Shown here piece after piece: positions 9,300-19,611 of a stretch of 64,000 nt of DNA (positions are counted from its first letter, which is position 1; every line of letters starts with the position of its first letter). Below the pieces are notes generated by a model. It was given only the letters and a program-made list of their open reading frames with translations. It did no database searches and was not told the DNA's origin. The position numbers and the translations under genes are program-made. This DNA is from Rhodospirillaceae bacterium (GTDB taxonomy: Bacteria; Pseudomonadota; Alphaproteobacteria; GCA-2731375): the NCBI GenBank assembly GCA_018660265.1, contig JABJKS010000076.1, positions 3,942 through 67,941 of the forward strand, written 5' to 3'.

Positions 9300-10550
9300 A
9301 TGAAGTTCACTTGGTTCAATCTGATGCCCTGGCCCCACTTGCCTGAGGATTTTCGTGAGAAACATAGATCCGTCTGGGTGGACATACCCTCCTCTCTCTA
9401 TGATCCAAAAAAGGGTCACGAGGTTTACAACACCTATCTCGATCAGCTGGAATATGCCGACAGCCTCGGCTACGACGGTATCGGCGTTAACGAACATCAC
9501 GCCAATGCCTATGGCCTGATGCCCTCACCCAACATCATGGCCGCCACCCTGGCCCGGCGCACATCGCGTGCGGCATTGGTGGTGTTGGGGAATTCCATCG
9601 CACTTTATAATCCCCCCATTCGCGTGGCGGAAGAATTCGCCATGCTGGACGTGATCTCCGGGGGTAGGTTGGTGGCGGGCTTTCCTGTCGGCACCTCCAT
9701 GGACACGAACTATGCCTATGGCACCGTGCCCGCCCTGACGAGAGAGAAATATGCCGAGGCCCATGAATTGATCATGCGCGCCTGGGCGGCGGACGAACCC
9801 TTCGCATTCAACGGCCGCTATACGCAAATGCGCTATGTCAATTGCTGGCCCAAGCCGATCCAGGCCCCGCGCCCGCCTGTCTTTATTCCCGGTGGCGGCT
9901 CTATCGAGACCTATGATTTCTGTATCGAGAATGATTACGCCTACAGCTATCTCAGCTTCACCGGCTATAAGCGGGCGCAATTGCTGATGGACGGCTTTTG
10001 GGACCGTGTCGATGAAATGGGGGCCGACCGCTCCCCCTATCGGGCCGGCTTTGCCCAGACGATCTGTGTCGCGGAGACGGATGAGGAGGCGAAGGAGCTG
10101 TATGCCGAGCATGTGAACTATTTCTTCAACAGATGCCTGCACGTCTATCCCGGTTACGGTGATGCGCCGGGCTATCGCACCATTAAGACCATCAAAAAAG
10201 GCGCGCTGTCGCAATACACCCGCTCCAGCCTCGGCGCATTGGGTAAGTTGACCTGGGAGGAGCTGGTGGCGGACGGCCACATTATCGCCGGCAGCCCCGA
10301 GACGGTGGTGGAAAAGATGAAGGAGCTGATTACCGGCCTAAAGGTGGGCAACATCTTCTGCCTCCTCCACGTAGGCAACATGACCAACGAAAAAACCAGA
10401 TTGTCGACCCGCCTGTTCGCCGAAGAAGTGATGCCGAAGTTGCAGAACATGTGGCCTGAATGGGAGCATGATGAACGCTTCTGGATCCACCCCATGGAGG
10501 ATGCCAGACAGACATCCGTCCCCCTTGCCGCCACGGGAGGGGCCGAGTGA
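9300..10550 (+). CDS. LLM-class (luciferase-like) flavin-dependent oxidoreductase
   Basis: MKFTWFNLMPWPHLP N-terminus, GYDGIGVNEHH, 416 aa. AGGAGG 6 nt upstream of ATG. Confidence 0.85.
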   Translation: MKFTWFNLMPWPHLPEDFREKHRSVWVDIPSSLYDPKKGHEVYNTYLDQLEYADSLGYDGIGVNEHHANAYGLMPSPNIMAATLARRTSRAALVVLGNSIALYNPPIRVAEEFAMLDVISGGRLVAGFPVGTSMDTNYAYGTVPALTREKYAEAHELIMRAWAADEPFAFNGRYTQMRYVNCWPKPIQAPRPPVFIPGGGSIETYDFCIENDYAYSYLSFTGYKRAQLLMDGFWDRVDEMGADRSPYRAGFAQTICVAETDEEAKELYAEHVNYFFNRCLHVYPGYGDAPGYRTIKTIKKGALSQYTRSSLGALGKLTWEELVADGHIIAGSPETVVEKMKELITGLKVGNIFCLLHVGNMTNEKTRLSTRLFAEEVMPKLQNMWPEWEHDERFWIHPMEDARQTSVPLAATGGAE

Positions 10551-11365
10551 TGAACAACCTAACCATAGAAAGCCGCATGGTCGACATCGGCACCCAGGAC
10601 CGGGGCCGCGCCCCGGTGGAGGTGTGCGAGGCCGGACAAGGGCCGGACCTGGTCTTCCTGCACGGGGCCGGCGGGTTGATGCCCAACGACCGCTTTTTCC
10701 TGGCCCTGGCGGAACAATTCCGTGTGCATGCGCCCCTATTGCCCGGCTATGGCAACAGTGAGGGGGAGGATGCGTTAAAGGATATGCTGGATACCACTCT
10801 GCATACCGGCGACGTCATTGATGCCCTGGGTCTGACCGGCGCGCCGTTGGTGGGTCATTCCATGGGCGGGATGATCGCCGCCGAACTGGCCGCCCTGGCA
10901 CCCAACGATGTCGGGCAATTGGTTCTGATCGCACCTGCGGGCCTATGGCTGGATGAGCATCCGGTGGAGGATCTGTTCGCCAAGCTGCCGTTTGAGCTGC
11001 CGGCGCTGTTGTTCCACGATGTGGCCCTGGGCGAAAGTCTGATGACGGCGGGTATGGATCTGGAGGATCCGGAATTTCTTGCGGAATTTCTGATCATCTC
11101 GGCCCGGCGACTGGGCATGGCGGGCAAAATATTGTTCCCCATCCCTGATCGTGGTTTGAGCCGTCGCCTCTATCGCATCAAGGCGAAAACCCTGATCCTG
11201 TGGGGCGCGAACGACAAGCTAATCAACCCGATCTACGGCGATGCCTTCGCCGCCGGGATTGCCAACAGTGCGCTCAAGGTTATTCCCGAGGCAGGCCATC
11301 TGGTGAACCAGGAGAAACCGGCGGCACTGGTCGACGCCATCGCGACACTGGTGAATGCCGGATAA
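10550..11365 (+). CDS. alpha/beta-fold hydrolase
   Basis: Nucleophile elbow GHSMGG. ATG overlaps the LLM stop (TGATG), implying translational coupling. Confidence 0.85.
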   Translation: MNNLTIESRMVDIGTQDRGRAPVEVCEAGQGPDLVFLHGAGGLMPNDRFFLALAEQFRVHAPLLPGYGNSEGEDALKDMLDTTLHTGDVIDALGLTGAPLVGHSMGGMIAAELAALAPNDVGQLVLIAPAGLWLDEHPVEDLFAKLPFELPALLFHDVALGESLMTAGMDLEDPEFLAEFLIISARRLGMAGKILFPIPDRGLSRRLYRIKAKTLILWGANDKLINPIYGDAFAAGIANSALKVIPEAGHLVNQEKPAALVDAIATLVNAG

Positions 11366-11386
11366 AGGCAAAGATCAACTCTATTA

Positions 11387-11423
11387 AAAGGGGTCAGAGT
11401 GATTGAACCATTCTGACCCCTTT
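11387..11423. terminator. bidirectional hairpin terminator between convergent genes
   Basis: ggggtcaga / tctgacccc 9-bp GC stem extended by AAA/TTT to 12 bp, 13-nt loop. A-tract 5' and T-tract 3'. Confidence 0.6.
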
Positions 11424-11430
11424 GATACCG

Positions 11431-12189
11431 CTAAATTAGTGTACCCGCCAATTCTTTTATCCATAAATACATTGCGGTAACGCCGAGGACCAACGGAAAA
11501 ACCAAATCCAGCATCACTATCCGACAAACCTGTGACTTTTTGAAATGATAAAACCAGCGATCATACCGTTCTAACGAAGTAGGAATTCTTGTTGAATTTA
11601 AGACTTTTTGCAGTTCGGTGAGCCGGTTCTCTAAACTGGAAATTTTGTTGTTAATTTCTCCGGCAGAACTCGTTACATGGTTGATGTTTGACATGTCTAT
11701 GTTACCAGGTTGCTTCGCCACTTCCTGCAGTCGGTTGGCGACAATATGAACGTCATCAGCCATTTTAGATAAGTTGCCAATCTTTCTTGCTTGCTCCGTC
11801 CACCAATAATAAAGATTTGATTGGTTTGGATCGCTGGGATAATCCCCGAAGTCAGATGCCATTCTTCCCGTTGTGACGTGGCTTAATCTGCTACCTGTTA
11901 CGCGAATGCGCATGAAATGGATGTAATCCCACCCTTTCCAGCAAAACTGGAGTAATAGGTAAGCAAGTACGCATGTTGCGCCAATATATAGCCAGGTCTG
12001 ATCAGGGTTGGAGATTTTGAACGCGAAAAAATTGGCTGCGGTGATTTGAACTTTGCTGATTTGAGCGAAAATTAAAACGCTGGAAACAACTAGTAGATTG
12101 CGGCGGGTCCGACGGAGATCCTCTGAGAACTCCGGGAGGACCGGTTCGCCCATGGCTCTTTCGGCTTTTATTTTGTCTTCATCACTCAT
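11431..12189 (-). CDS. hypothetical membrane protein (3 predicted TM helices + coiled-coil), AT-rich orphan
   Basis: 252-aa ORF, clean single long frame. Hydrophobic helices LLVVSSVLIFAQI, WLYIGATCVLAYLLLQF, IVMLDLVFPLVLGVTAMYLWI. No family recognised. Confidence 0.6.
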   Translation of the reverse strand: MSDEDKIKAERAMGEPVLPEFSEDLRRTRRNLLVVSSVLIFAQISKVQITAANFFAFKISNPDQTWLYIGATCVLAYLLLQFCWKGWDYIHFMRIRVTGSRLSHVTTGRMASDFGDYPSDPNQSNLYYWWTEQARKIGNLSKMADDVHIVANRLQEVAKQPGNIDMSNINHVTSSAGEINNKISSLENRLTELQKVLNSTRIPTSLERYDRWFYHFKKSQVCRIVMLDLVFPLVLGVTAMYLWIKELAGTLI

Positions 12190-12273
12190 GCAAATATCTC
12201 CAGGGTAACGGTGACCAGGATAAAGGTGACGGTTTACTTAACTATTGTCCTTGCAGGGATTTCATTGCTCACG

Positions 12274-13995
12274 TTACGAACGCAAACGAGCCCGACAAAC
12301 TTCAGTTGCGGCGAGGTCCGGTTGCGCTTCACCGGGCTGGATGACAACACCAAAGTTTTCTTCGGCAAATTTGCGGGAAATCTTCTCGTCTGCTACATCC
12401 ACTGCCACCAGGTCCGGGTCCCGTATTAATGGGTCGCCATAACCGCCGCCGCCAGCTTGTTCGTGGCGGATGACATCGCCCTTGCGGACGTTGCGGGTAA
12501 TTTTGCTGGGGACTTCTTCGGCCCGGCCGTCGGGGTCGAGGATGTTGCGACTGGGGGCTGCGGGGCCACCGCCGCGCAGGCCGTAGGGGGGGATTTTGGC
12601 GCGGTCGGCACGCAGCTGCAATACCGCGTCATCGGCCAACAGACGATATTGCCGCACCAGGCCCAGGCCGCCACGATGTTCGCCGGGGCCACAGGAATCC
12701 TCCCGCAGGCCGTAGGTTTCGACCCGGATGGGATAGCGGCTCTCCAACGTCTCGATGGGCATGTTGGACATGTTTTGCGAGGGGTTGGTGACGCCTTCGA
12801 TGCCGTCTTTGCTGGCCCGCCCGCCCCAGGCACCGTTGATCATATCGACCAGAATAAACGGCGTCGCGCTGTCCCCTTCATAGCCGCCGAAACAGACCAC
12901 CGTATTGCCCCCCTCACCCGCCGCCATGACACGATCAGGGGCGATCTCCGCCAACGCACCCAGCACCGCATCCACCACTCGATAGCCGGTCAGGGCGCGG
13001 GCCGCGACGGCGCTGGGCATGCGGGGGTTGAGGATGGAGCCTATCGGCGCAGTGATATCGATGCAGCGATAGATACCGGCATTATTCGGCACCTCGCGGC
13101 CCAGGGCGCAGCGAATGCCCAGATAGGTCGACGATTTTGTATACGACAGGGTGCAGTTGATGGCGCCCTTGACCTGGGGGGAGGAGCCTTCGAAATCCAC
13201 CACCAGATGGTCATCCTGCACTTCGATGGTGCAATCGATGGGGATGGGCCCCTGATCAAAGCCGTCATCGTCGATATAATCGGTGAATTGATAGCGCCCA
13301 TTGGGCCACTCACGAATAGCGGCCCGGGTCAGGCGTTCGCCGTAATCCAACAGGGCATTGAAATATACGCCCATGGTTTCGACGCCGTATTTATCCAACA
13401 GCTTTACAAAAGCGCGTTCGCCCACGTTGCAGGTGGCCAACTGTGCCGCCAGATCACCCAGCAGCATATCAGGCAGTCGCACGTTCGTTCGCAGCAGGGC
13501 AAACAGTGACCGATCCGGCTTACCCTTTGCGTAAAGCTTTAGGGGCGGGATGCGCAGACCTTCTTGGAATATTTCGGTGGAATCAGACGCGTTCGATCCC
13601 GGCACCCGCCCCCCCACATCGGATTGATGGGCAATGACCACAGCGAAACCCTGCAGGATTTCATTGTGGAAGATCGGCTTGAACATAAAAATGTCCGGCA
13701 GATGCATACCGCCCGCGTAGGGATCGTTCAGAATAATGACGTCGCCGGGATCCAGATCATCGCCATATTCAGCCACCACCACCACCATGGCATCAGGCAC
13801 GGCACCCAGATGCAGGGCGACGGTCTTGGCCTGGGCCAGAATGCGGCCCTGGGCATCACAGATGGTTGCGGAATAGTCCAACACGTCCCGCACGATGGGG
13901 GAGCGTGCCGTCCGCATCATGGTATAGGCCATGTCATCGACAATGGTATCGAGGCCGTTTTTGATGACGGCAAAAGTAATGGGATCAATGTTCAT
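12274..13995 (-). CDS. hyuB: hydantoinase B / oxoprolinase family protein
   Basis: MNIDPITFAVIKNGLDTIVDDMAYTMMRTARSPIVRDVLDYS N-terminus typical of HyuB. Start overlaps hyuA stop (TGATG). Confidence 0.9.
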   Translation of the reverse strand: MNIDPITFAVIKNGLDTIVDDMAYTMMRTARSPIVRDVLDYSATICDAQGRILAQAKTVALHLGAVPDAMVVVVAEYGDDLDPGDVIILNDPYAGGMHLPDIFMFKPIFHNEILQGFAVVIAHQSDVGGRVPGSNASDSTEIFQEGLRIPPLKLYAKGKPDRSLFALLRTNVRLPDMLLGDLAAQLATCNVGERAFVKLLDKYGVETMGVYFNALLDYGERLTRAAIREWPNGRYQFTDYIDDDGFDQGPIPIDCTIEVQDDHLVVDFEGSSPQVKGAINCTLSYTKSSTYLGIRCALGREVPNNAGIYRCIDITAPIGSILNPRMPSAVAARALTGYRVVDAVLGALAEIAPDRVMAAGEGGNTVVCFGGYEGDSATPFILVDMINGAWGGRASKDGIEGVTNPSQNMSNMPIETLESRYPIRVETYGLREDSCGPGEHRGGLGLVRQYRLLADDAVLQLRADRAKIPPYGLRGGGPAAPSRNILDPDGRAEEVPSKITRNVRKGDVIRHEQAGGGGYGDPLIRDPDLVAVDVADEKISRKFAEENFGVVIQPGEAQPDLAATEVCRARLRS

Positions 13996-16097
13996 CAGGC
14001 GACCTCCCCAGCAAGATCAATTTGCAGATTCCCCATGGCATCCGCCTCGATCCGCGCGCCGGGAGGTACGACAACCGTGCTGTCGGCACTTTCCAGGATC
14101 ATTGGGCCGACGCCGACACCCTCAAAGGCGCGGCGGTCCAGCACGGTCGTATCCAGCCAGGCCTTTTCCCGCCCGAAATAGACCTTTCGTTCCGTTTCCG
14201 GGGCAAGGTGTTCATCATCATGGATCATGCGTAATTTCGAAAAATCCAGCTTGCCGTCGCGAATACCACGGGCAAGCAGGCGCAGGTTCACGACCTCCAC
14301 CGCGCCCTCGGCGACATATTGATACAGCGCTTCATAGGCCGCTAAGAACGATTGCTGCAGCCAGGCAATGGTGACGTCGGTTAGGTCGTCAGGCAAAAGG
14401 ATTGGTAGTTCTGAATCCTGGCCTTCAAAGCGCAACTCCAGGCTAAAGGCCAGGCGCATTTGAGCGCGGGCGAAATTTTCCTCCCCCAGTGCCGCTTCTG
14501 CCTGGGCCCGCAGGGTCGCGACCGATTTGCCCAGTTCGCCCAAATCCAAGTCCGGCAACAGGCCCGGCATGGCGGTGAGGAAATGCCGCTCCACATCCCC
14601 CGTCAACATACCCAGGGCCGTGAAGACACCGGGCATCATGGGCAGCATCACCTTTGTGATGTCCAGACTGCTGGCCAGATCACAAGCGTGCGCCGGGCCG
14701 CTGCCGCCGAATGCCGCCAAGGCGAAATCCCGCGGGTCAATGCCGCGCTCCACACTGACCGCACGAATGGCGCGGGCCATATTTGCATTGGCGACCTCGC
14801 GGACACCAAAGGCCGCCGCTTCCACCGATAGTTTCAACGGCCCCGCCAGGTCCCGTTCGATGACGGCGCGGGCCCGCGCGATATCCAGCTTCAGGTCACC
14901 ACCGGCCAATTGCTCCGGTAGATAGCCCAAGACCACATTGGCATCACTAACCGTTGCACGGTCACCACCCCGGCCGTAACAGGCCGGCCCCGGATCGGCA
15001 CCGGCGGATACGGGACCCACATGCAACAGGCCGCCATCATCGATCCAGGCGATGGAGCCGCCGCCACTGCCGACTTCCGCCACATCCACGGTCGGCACCC
15101 GCATCATATAGCCCCCCGCCTTGATAAAGCGGGCCGGGACAGAGATACCGGCGCGAAATTCATATTCGTTGGCGCGGGAGATCTGGCCCCCCTGCACCAA
15201 AGATGCGGAAGCCGTGGTCCCGCCCATATCAAACACCACGATGTCCAGCGCCTTTGCCGCCCGGCCCAGACGGGCCGCACCCACGACGCCTGCGGACCTG
15301 CCTGACGATATAAAGAACACCGGTTTATCCTTGGCGGTTTGCGCCGCCGCCAGGCCACCATTGGAATCGCTGACCAATAATGGCGCGCTGATACCAATGT
15401 CCAACAAACCATCGCCAAGGCGCTGCAGATAGCTTTGCAGGATTGGCAGCACATAGGCGTTCACCACCACCGTCGATGTCCGCTCATACTCCCGCATCTC
15501 GGCCAGCACCGAGACCGAAGCGGTGACCGAGACCTCAGGAAAATGCCGCCGCAGGATCTCTTCCGCGCGGCGTTCATGATCGGAATTGCGAAAGCTGTTG
15601 ATGAAGCAGATGGCGATGGACTGGACGCCTTGGGCCACCAGCTCGCCGCCAACACGGATCAGTTCGTCTTCATCCAGGGGTTCGATCATGCTGCCGTCGG
15701 CGGCGATGCGCTCTGTTATTTCACGGCGCAGCCGGCGGGGCACCAGGGGCACCGGCTTGTCCCATTGCAGGTCGAACATATCCGGCGTCCGTACCCGCCC
15801 GATTTCCAACACATCGCGAAAACCCTTGGTGGTGATCAGGCCGGTCACGGCACCACTTTTTTGCAACAGGGTGTTGGAGCCGACGGTCGTGCCGTGCAAA
15901 ACCTCCAACAAATCGCCAGGGCCCAGGCCGGCGCGATCCAGCAAATGAACGATCCCGTCCAACACCGCTTGTTCAGGCCTGTCCGGGGTAGAGGCACGCT
16001 TGTCGAACCAGGTTCGACCGTCCACATCGCTTAGAACCAAGTCCGTGAAGGTGCCGCCAATATCCACACCAATGCGCGCGCCGCCTTGCAAATCCAT
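13995..16097 (-). CDS. hyuA: hydantoinase A / oxoprolinase family protein
   Basis: 700 aa. RIGVDIGGTFTDLV ATPase N-terminus, FDMGGTTA motif. Confidence 0.9.
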   Translation of the reverse strand: MDLQGGARIGVDIGGTFTDLVLSDVDGRTWFDKRASTPDRPEQAVLDGIVHLLDRAGLGPGDLLEVLHGTTVGSNTLLQKSGAVTGLITTKGFRDVLEIGRVRTPDMFDLQWDKPVPLVPRRLRREITERIAADGSMIEPLDEDELIRVGGELVAQGVQSIAICFINSFRNSDHERRAEEILRRHFPEVSVTASVSVLAEMREYERTSTVVVNAYVLPILQSYLQRLGDGLLDIGISAPLLVSDSNGGLAAAQTAKDKPVFFISSGRSAGVVGAARLGRAAKALDIVVFDMGGTTASASLVQGGQISRANEYEFRAGISVPARFIKAGGYMMRVPTVDVAEVGSGGGSIAWIDDGGLLHVGPVSAGADPGPACYGRGGDRATVSDANVVLGYLPEQLAGGDLKLDIARARAVIERDLAGPLKLSVEAAAFGVREVANANMARAIRAVSVERGIDPRDFALAAFGGSGPAHACDLASSLDITKVMLPMMPGVFTALGMLTGDVERHFLTAMPGLLPDLDLGELGKSVATLRAQAEAALGEENFARAQMRLAFSLELRFEGQDSELPILLPDDLTDVTIAWLQQSFLAAYEALYQYVAEGAVEVVNLRLLARGIRDGKLDFSKLRMIHDDEHLAPETERKVYFGREKAWLDTTVLDRRAFEGVGVGPMILESADSTVVVPPGARIEADAMGNLQIDLAGEVA

Positions 16098-16212
16098 ACA
16101 CCGCTTCCCAATTCAAGCTTCCCCGTTTTATCCAGAGTAACAGGATTTCCAATACCAGCACCAATTTGTGATATGAAGAAGGCGGAAAATATATACGGGG
16201 GAAGCTGCCGAG

Positions 16213-18525
16213 ATGGATATCGTCACTGAAAAGCAAGCCGTGGGACAATCCGTCTCGCGCACCGAAGACCCACGCCTTTTGGAAGGGCGGGGGCGTTATT
16301 CAGACGATATCAATCTACCCGGACAAGCCCATGCCTATATTCTGCGCGCACCACAAGCCCATGGCATAATTCGCGGCATAGACCTTGCCGATGCCTCCCG
16401 CATGCCCGGCGTCATCGCAATATATACCGGTGCGGACCTGCAAGCTGCGGGCTATGGCCCCCTGCCCTGCATGATGGCGGCCCTGAAAAGCCACGACGGC
16501 AGCCCCATCATTTTGCCGGAGAACCCGGCCCTGGCCATTGATCGTGTGCGCTATCTCGGCCACCCGGTCGCAGCCATCATCGCCGACACCGTGGCCCAGG
16601 CGAAAGATGCTGCGGAAGTCATTGGCCTGGATATCGAAGAACTGCCGGCAGTGGATACTGTCGAGGCTGCCATTGCACCAGGTGCGCCCTTGGTATGGCC
16701 GGATATCCCCGACAACACCTGCCTGGATTTTCGGGCCGGGGATTTCGACGCGGTCGCGGCAGCCTTCGATGGGGCAGCCCATATCAGCCGCTTGAAAGTC
16801 TATAACAACCGCCTCGTCGTCGCGGCTATGGAACCCCGCGCCGCGGTCGCTGAATTCGGCGGCGCGGATGAACGCTTTACCCTGCATGTGGGCTGCCAAG
16901 GTACGTTCGCGACCAGGAATACCCTGGCGAACAGAATTCTGAATGTTGATCCCGAAAAAGTCCGCGTCCGCGCCTATGACGTGGGCGGATCGTTTGGTAT
17001 GAAATCATCGGTCTACCCGGAATATGTCGCCATTCTGCATGGCGCGCGGGCATTGGGACGGCCCATAAAGTGGTGCGATGAACGCAGCAACAGCTTTATC
17101 TCGGACCAGCATGGCCGGGATTCGGTAGTCGAAGCTGCCCTGGCCCTGGATGGAGACGGCAATTTCCTCGCCGTCCGGGTTGATGGCCTGGCCAATATGG
17201 GCGCGTTCCTCTCAACCGTGGGCCCCAACGTGCAATCGGGCAATATCTTCAAGAACCTACCCGGTGTCTATAAAACGCCCGTCGTCGCCGCCTCCACCAA
17301 ATGCCTGTTCACCAACACCACTCCCATTGGTGCCTATCGTGGTGCGGGCCGCCCGGAGGCGAATTACTATATGGAACGCCTGGTCGACCTGGCGGCGCGG
17401 GAAACGGGCCGCGATCCCGTCGCCCTGCGCCGGGCCAACATGATCCCCGGCAGCGCCATGCCCTTCACCTCAGCCTCCGGCCAACCCTATGACAGCGGCG
17501 ATTTCCCAGCCGTCCTGGACAAGGCGTTGGCGGTAGCCGATTGGGCCGGCTTTACAGCCCGCAAAGCAGACAGTGCGGCGCGGGGTCTGTTGCGGGGCCT
17601 TGGCATCGGCAGCTACCTGGAAGTTACCGCGCCCGCGGGCAAGGAAATGGGTGGCGTGCATTTCGAAGAAGACGGCACCATCAGTTTGGTCACCGGCACC
17701 CAGGATTACGGCCAGGGCCACGCCTCCAGCTTTGCGCAGGTCCTGGCGGATCGACTGGGCCTGCCCTTTGATGCCATTCGCCTGAAACAGGGGGATAGTG
17801 ATGCATTGCTGGTTGGCGGTGGTACGGGTGGTTCCCGCTCCATCATGGCGTCGGGCGCGGCGATTGTTGCGGTCAGCGAACTGGTCATTGAAAAGGCCAC
17901 CCATCTGGCGGCTGAAAAACTGGAAACCGCAGTCGAGGATATCCAGTTCGATGCCGGGCAATTGCGCGTGGCTGGCACTGACCGGACCATCTCGCTGTTG
18001 GAACTGGCGAAAACGCCGGAGGGTTTGGCGGGCGATCTGAACAGCGCCCTGGCCATCGATACGCCGCCATCGACCTATCCAAATGGCGTGCATATTTGCG
18101 AGATAGAGATCGACCCGCAAACCGGTGCCGCCCGCCTGGACCGCTATGGCGTGGTCGACGATTTTGGTGTGTTGGTCAATCCCTTGATCGTTGCCGGCCA
18201 GGTTCATGGCGGCATTGCCCAGGGCATCGGCCAGGCACTGATGGAACATGCCGTCTATGATGGAGGCGGGCAATTGCTGTCCGGCTCGTTCATGGATTAC
18301 GCCATGCCACGGGCGGATGACATTCCCCATATCGCCTTTGACGATCATCCCGTCCCGGCAACCACCAACCCCCTTGGCGTCAAGGGTTGCGGCGAGGCGG
18401 GGACGACGGGTGCCTTACCCGCCGTGATGAACGCGGTTGTGGATGCCTTGGCTGAATTTGGCGTCACACATATGGACATGCCCGCAACGCCGGAGAAAAT
18501 CTGGCGGGCTGTGAACAAATTGTGA
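16213..18525 (+). CDS. xanthine dehydrogenase-family molybdopterin-binding subunit (form-II CoxL-like)
   Basis: 770 aa. Active-site loop AYRGAGRPE (form II motif AYRGAGR, not form I AYXCSFR). C-terminal GVKGCGEAG. Confidence 0.9.
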   Translation: MDIVTEKQAVGQSVSRTEDPRLLEGRGRYSDDINLPGQAHAYILRAPQAHGIIRGIDLADASRMPGVIAIYTGADLQAAGYGPLPCMMAALKSHDGSPIILPENPALAIDRVRYLGHPVAAIIADTVAQAKDAAEVIGLDIEELPAVDTVEAAIAPGAPLVWPDIPDNTCLDFRAGDFDAVAAAFDGAAHISRLKVYNNRLVVAAMEPRAAVAEFGGADERFTLHVGCQGTFATRNTLANRILNVDPEKVRVRAYDVGGSFGMKSSVYPEYVAILHGARALGRPIKWCDERSNSFISDQHGRDSVVEAALALDGDGNFLAVRVDGLANMGAFLSTVGPNVQSGNIFKNLPGVYKTPVVAASTKCLFTNTTPIGAYRGAGRPEANYYMERLVDLAARETGRDPVALRRANMIPGSAMPFTSASGQPYDSGDFPAVLDKALAVADWAGFTARKADSAARGLLRGLGIGSYLEVTAPAGKEMGGVHFEEDGTISLVTGTQDYGQGHASSFAQVLADRLGLPFDAIRLKQGDSDALLVGGGTGGSRSIMASGAAIVAVSELVIEKATHLAAEKLETAVEDIQFDAGQLRVAGTDRTISLLELAKTPEGLAGDLNSALAIDTPPSTYPNGVHICEIEIDPQTGAARLDRYGVVDDFGVLVNPLIVAGQVHGGIAQGIGQALMEHAVYDGGGQLLSGSFMDYAMPRADDIPHIAFDDHPVPATTNPLGVKGCGEAGTTGALPAVMNAVVDALAEFGVTHMDMPATPEKIWRAVNKL

Positions 18526-18610
18526 TTCTAATTTGTAGGTTTTCGGTGCTTTAGGGATAAGTACAGCTGGGCCTAAACCTGCCAAATAGAGCCGTTAGGG
18601 CAATTTGGCA

Positions 18611-19450
18611 TCATTCGGCTGACTGCCGCAGTGCCTCATCCACATCCTCGGCCTTTGCTTCTGCCTCGGCCTTTGCCTTTGCCTCTGCCTTTATCTTTCG
18701 ACCGTTATGACCAGGCAATCTGGACATCATGCTTTCTTCTTTGACCTTGATCTCCTCTTCAGGCGAGATCACGCCGATGGAGATTACGTATTTCGCGGCA
18801 TCCTCGACAGGCAGATCGAGGAATATCAAGTCCCGCCTTGGCACCATGAGTAGAAAGCCGGACGTCGGGTTCGGCGTTGTCGGAACGTAGATATTGACCA
18901 TATCGTCTTCCAGTCGGCTGGCCACCTCCCCCTCCGTATCGCCGGTTACGAAGGCCATGGTCCAGATACCGCGCCGGGGATATTCCACCAAGACAGCCTG
19001 GCGAAACGAGTTGGAAGATTGGCTCAAGACGGTTTCCAGGACCTGCTTCAAGGCACCATAAATGGAGCGGACCACAGGCATGCGGTTGACCAGGCGCTCC
19101 CCGGTTTTCAACAACGTGCGGCCGAATATATTGGCGGTCAAAAATCCGACAAACGTCAAGATGACCAGCATAATGACCAGGCCCAGACCAGGCAGGGAAA
19201 AGGGCAGATAATTCTCGGGATTATACTTCGCCGGCAGCAGTGGAATGGCCTGACGATCGACCCAATGTATAAACTGCCAGGTCAGATAAAGGGTCAGCGC
19301 AATAGGGGCTGTGACGATAACGCCGGTCAGAAAATAGTTGCGCAGGCGCGTCAGCATGCCCGGACGCTTCCGTGGCGCAATCAGTACCGGTGTCTCCTCC
19401 TTGCTATCAGGTTCGGCGGCTTGGTCCGATGTTGGGGTCGTATCAGGCAT
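18611..19450 (-). CDS. DUF502-domain membrane protein
   Basis: LRNYFLTGVIVTAPIALTLYLTW...LPGLGLVIMLVILTFVG...RMPVVRSIYGALKQV pattern of DUF502. Lys/Ala/Glu repeat tail. Confidence 0.8.
   Translation of the reverse strand: MPDTTPTSDQAAEPDSKEETPVLIAPRKRPGMLTRLRNYFLTGVIVTAPIALTLYLTWQFIHWVDRQAIPLLPAKYNPENYLPFSLPGLGLVIMLVILTFVGFLTANIFGRTLLKTGERLVNRMPVVRSIYGALKQVLETVLSQSSNSFRQAVLVEYPRRGIWTMAFVTGDTEGEVASRLEDDMVNIYVPTTPNPTSGFLLMVPRRDLIFLDLPVEDAAKYVISIGVISPEEEIKVKEESMMSRLPGHNGRKIKAEAKAKAEAEAKAEDVDEALRQSAE
18651..18692. repeat. seven tandem hexamers GCCTYK inside the DUF502 gene 3' end
   Basis: gccttt gcttct gcctcg gccttt gccttt gcctct gccttt, encoding KAEAKAKAEAEAKAE on the minus strand. Confidence 0.7.
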
Positions 19451-19611
19451 ATAAATTCGGAAATCCTAATGATAAAGGATAATATACCCCACTTAGTCCT
19501 GAATGCGCCCAGTGTCTATCTTATTCGCCATTTTCTATAGGTTGTTGTATGCTAAATCTTTCCGCTTCAGAACAATTTAATTTGCCCGAACAGAAGCCCC
19601 AAATAGAAACT

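Noticed and set aside
12457-13509. 350-aa plus-strand ORF antisense to hyuB. Similar long antisense ORFs: 9525..10280, 17470..18348, 21105..21851, 22338..23198, 28161..28796, 29428..30072, 47776..48903, 53308..54009, 56025..56789, 59012..59920, 60443..61225, 61231..62028.
   Set aside because: These are typical shadow ORFs of GC-rich genes. Their translations are Arg/Gly/Pro/His-rich low-complexity with no motifs, and each lies wholly inside a strongly supported gene on the other strand.
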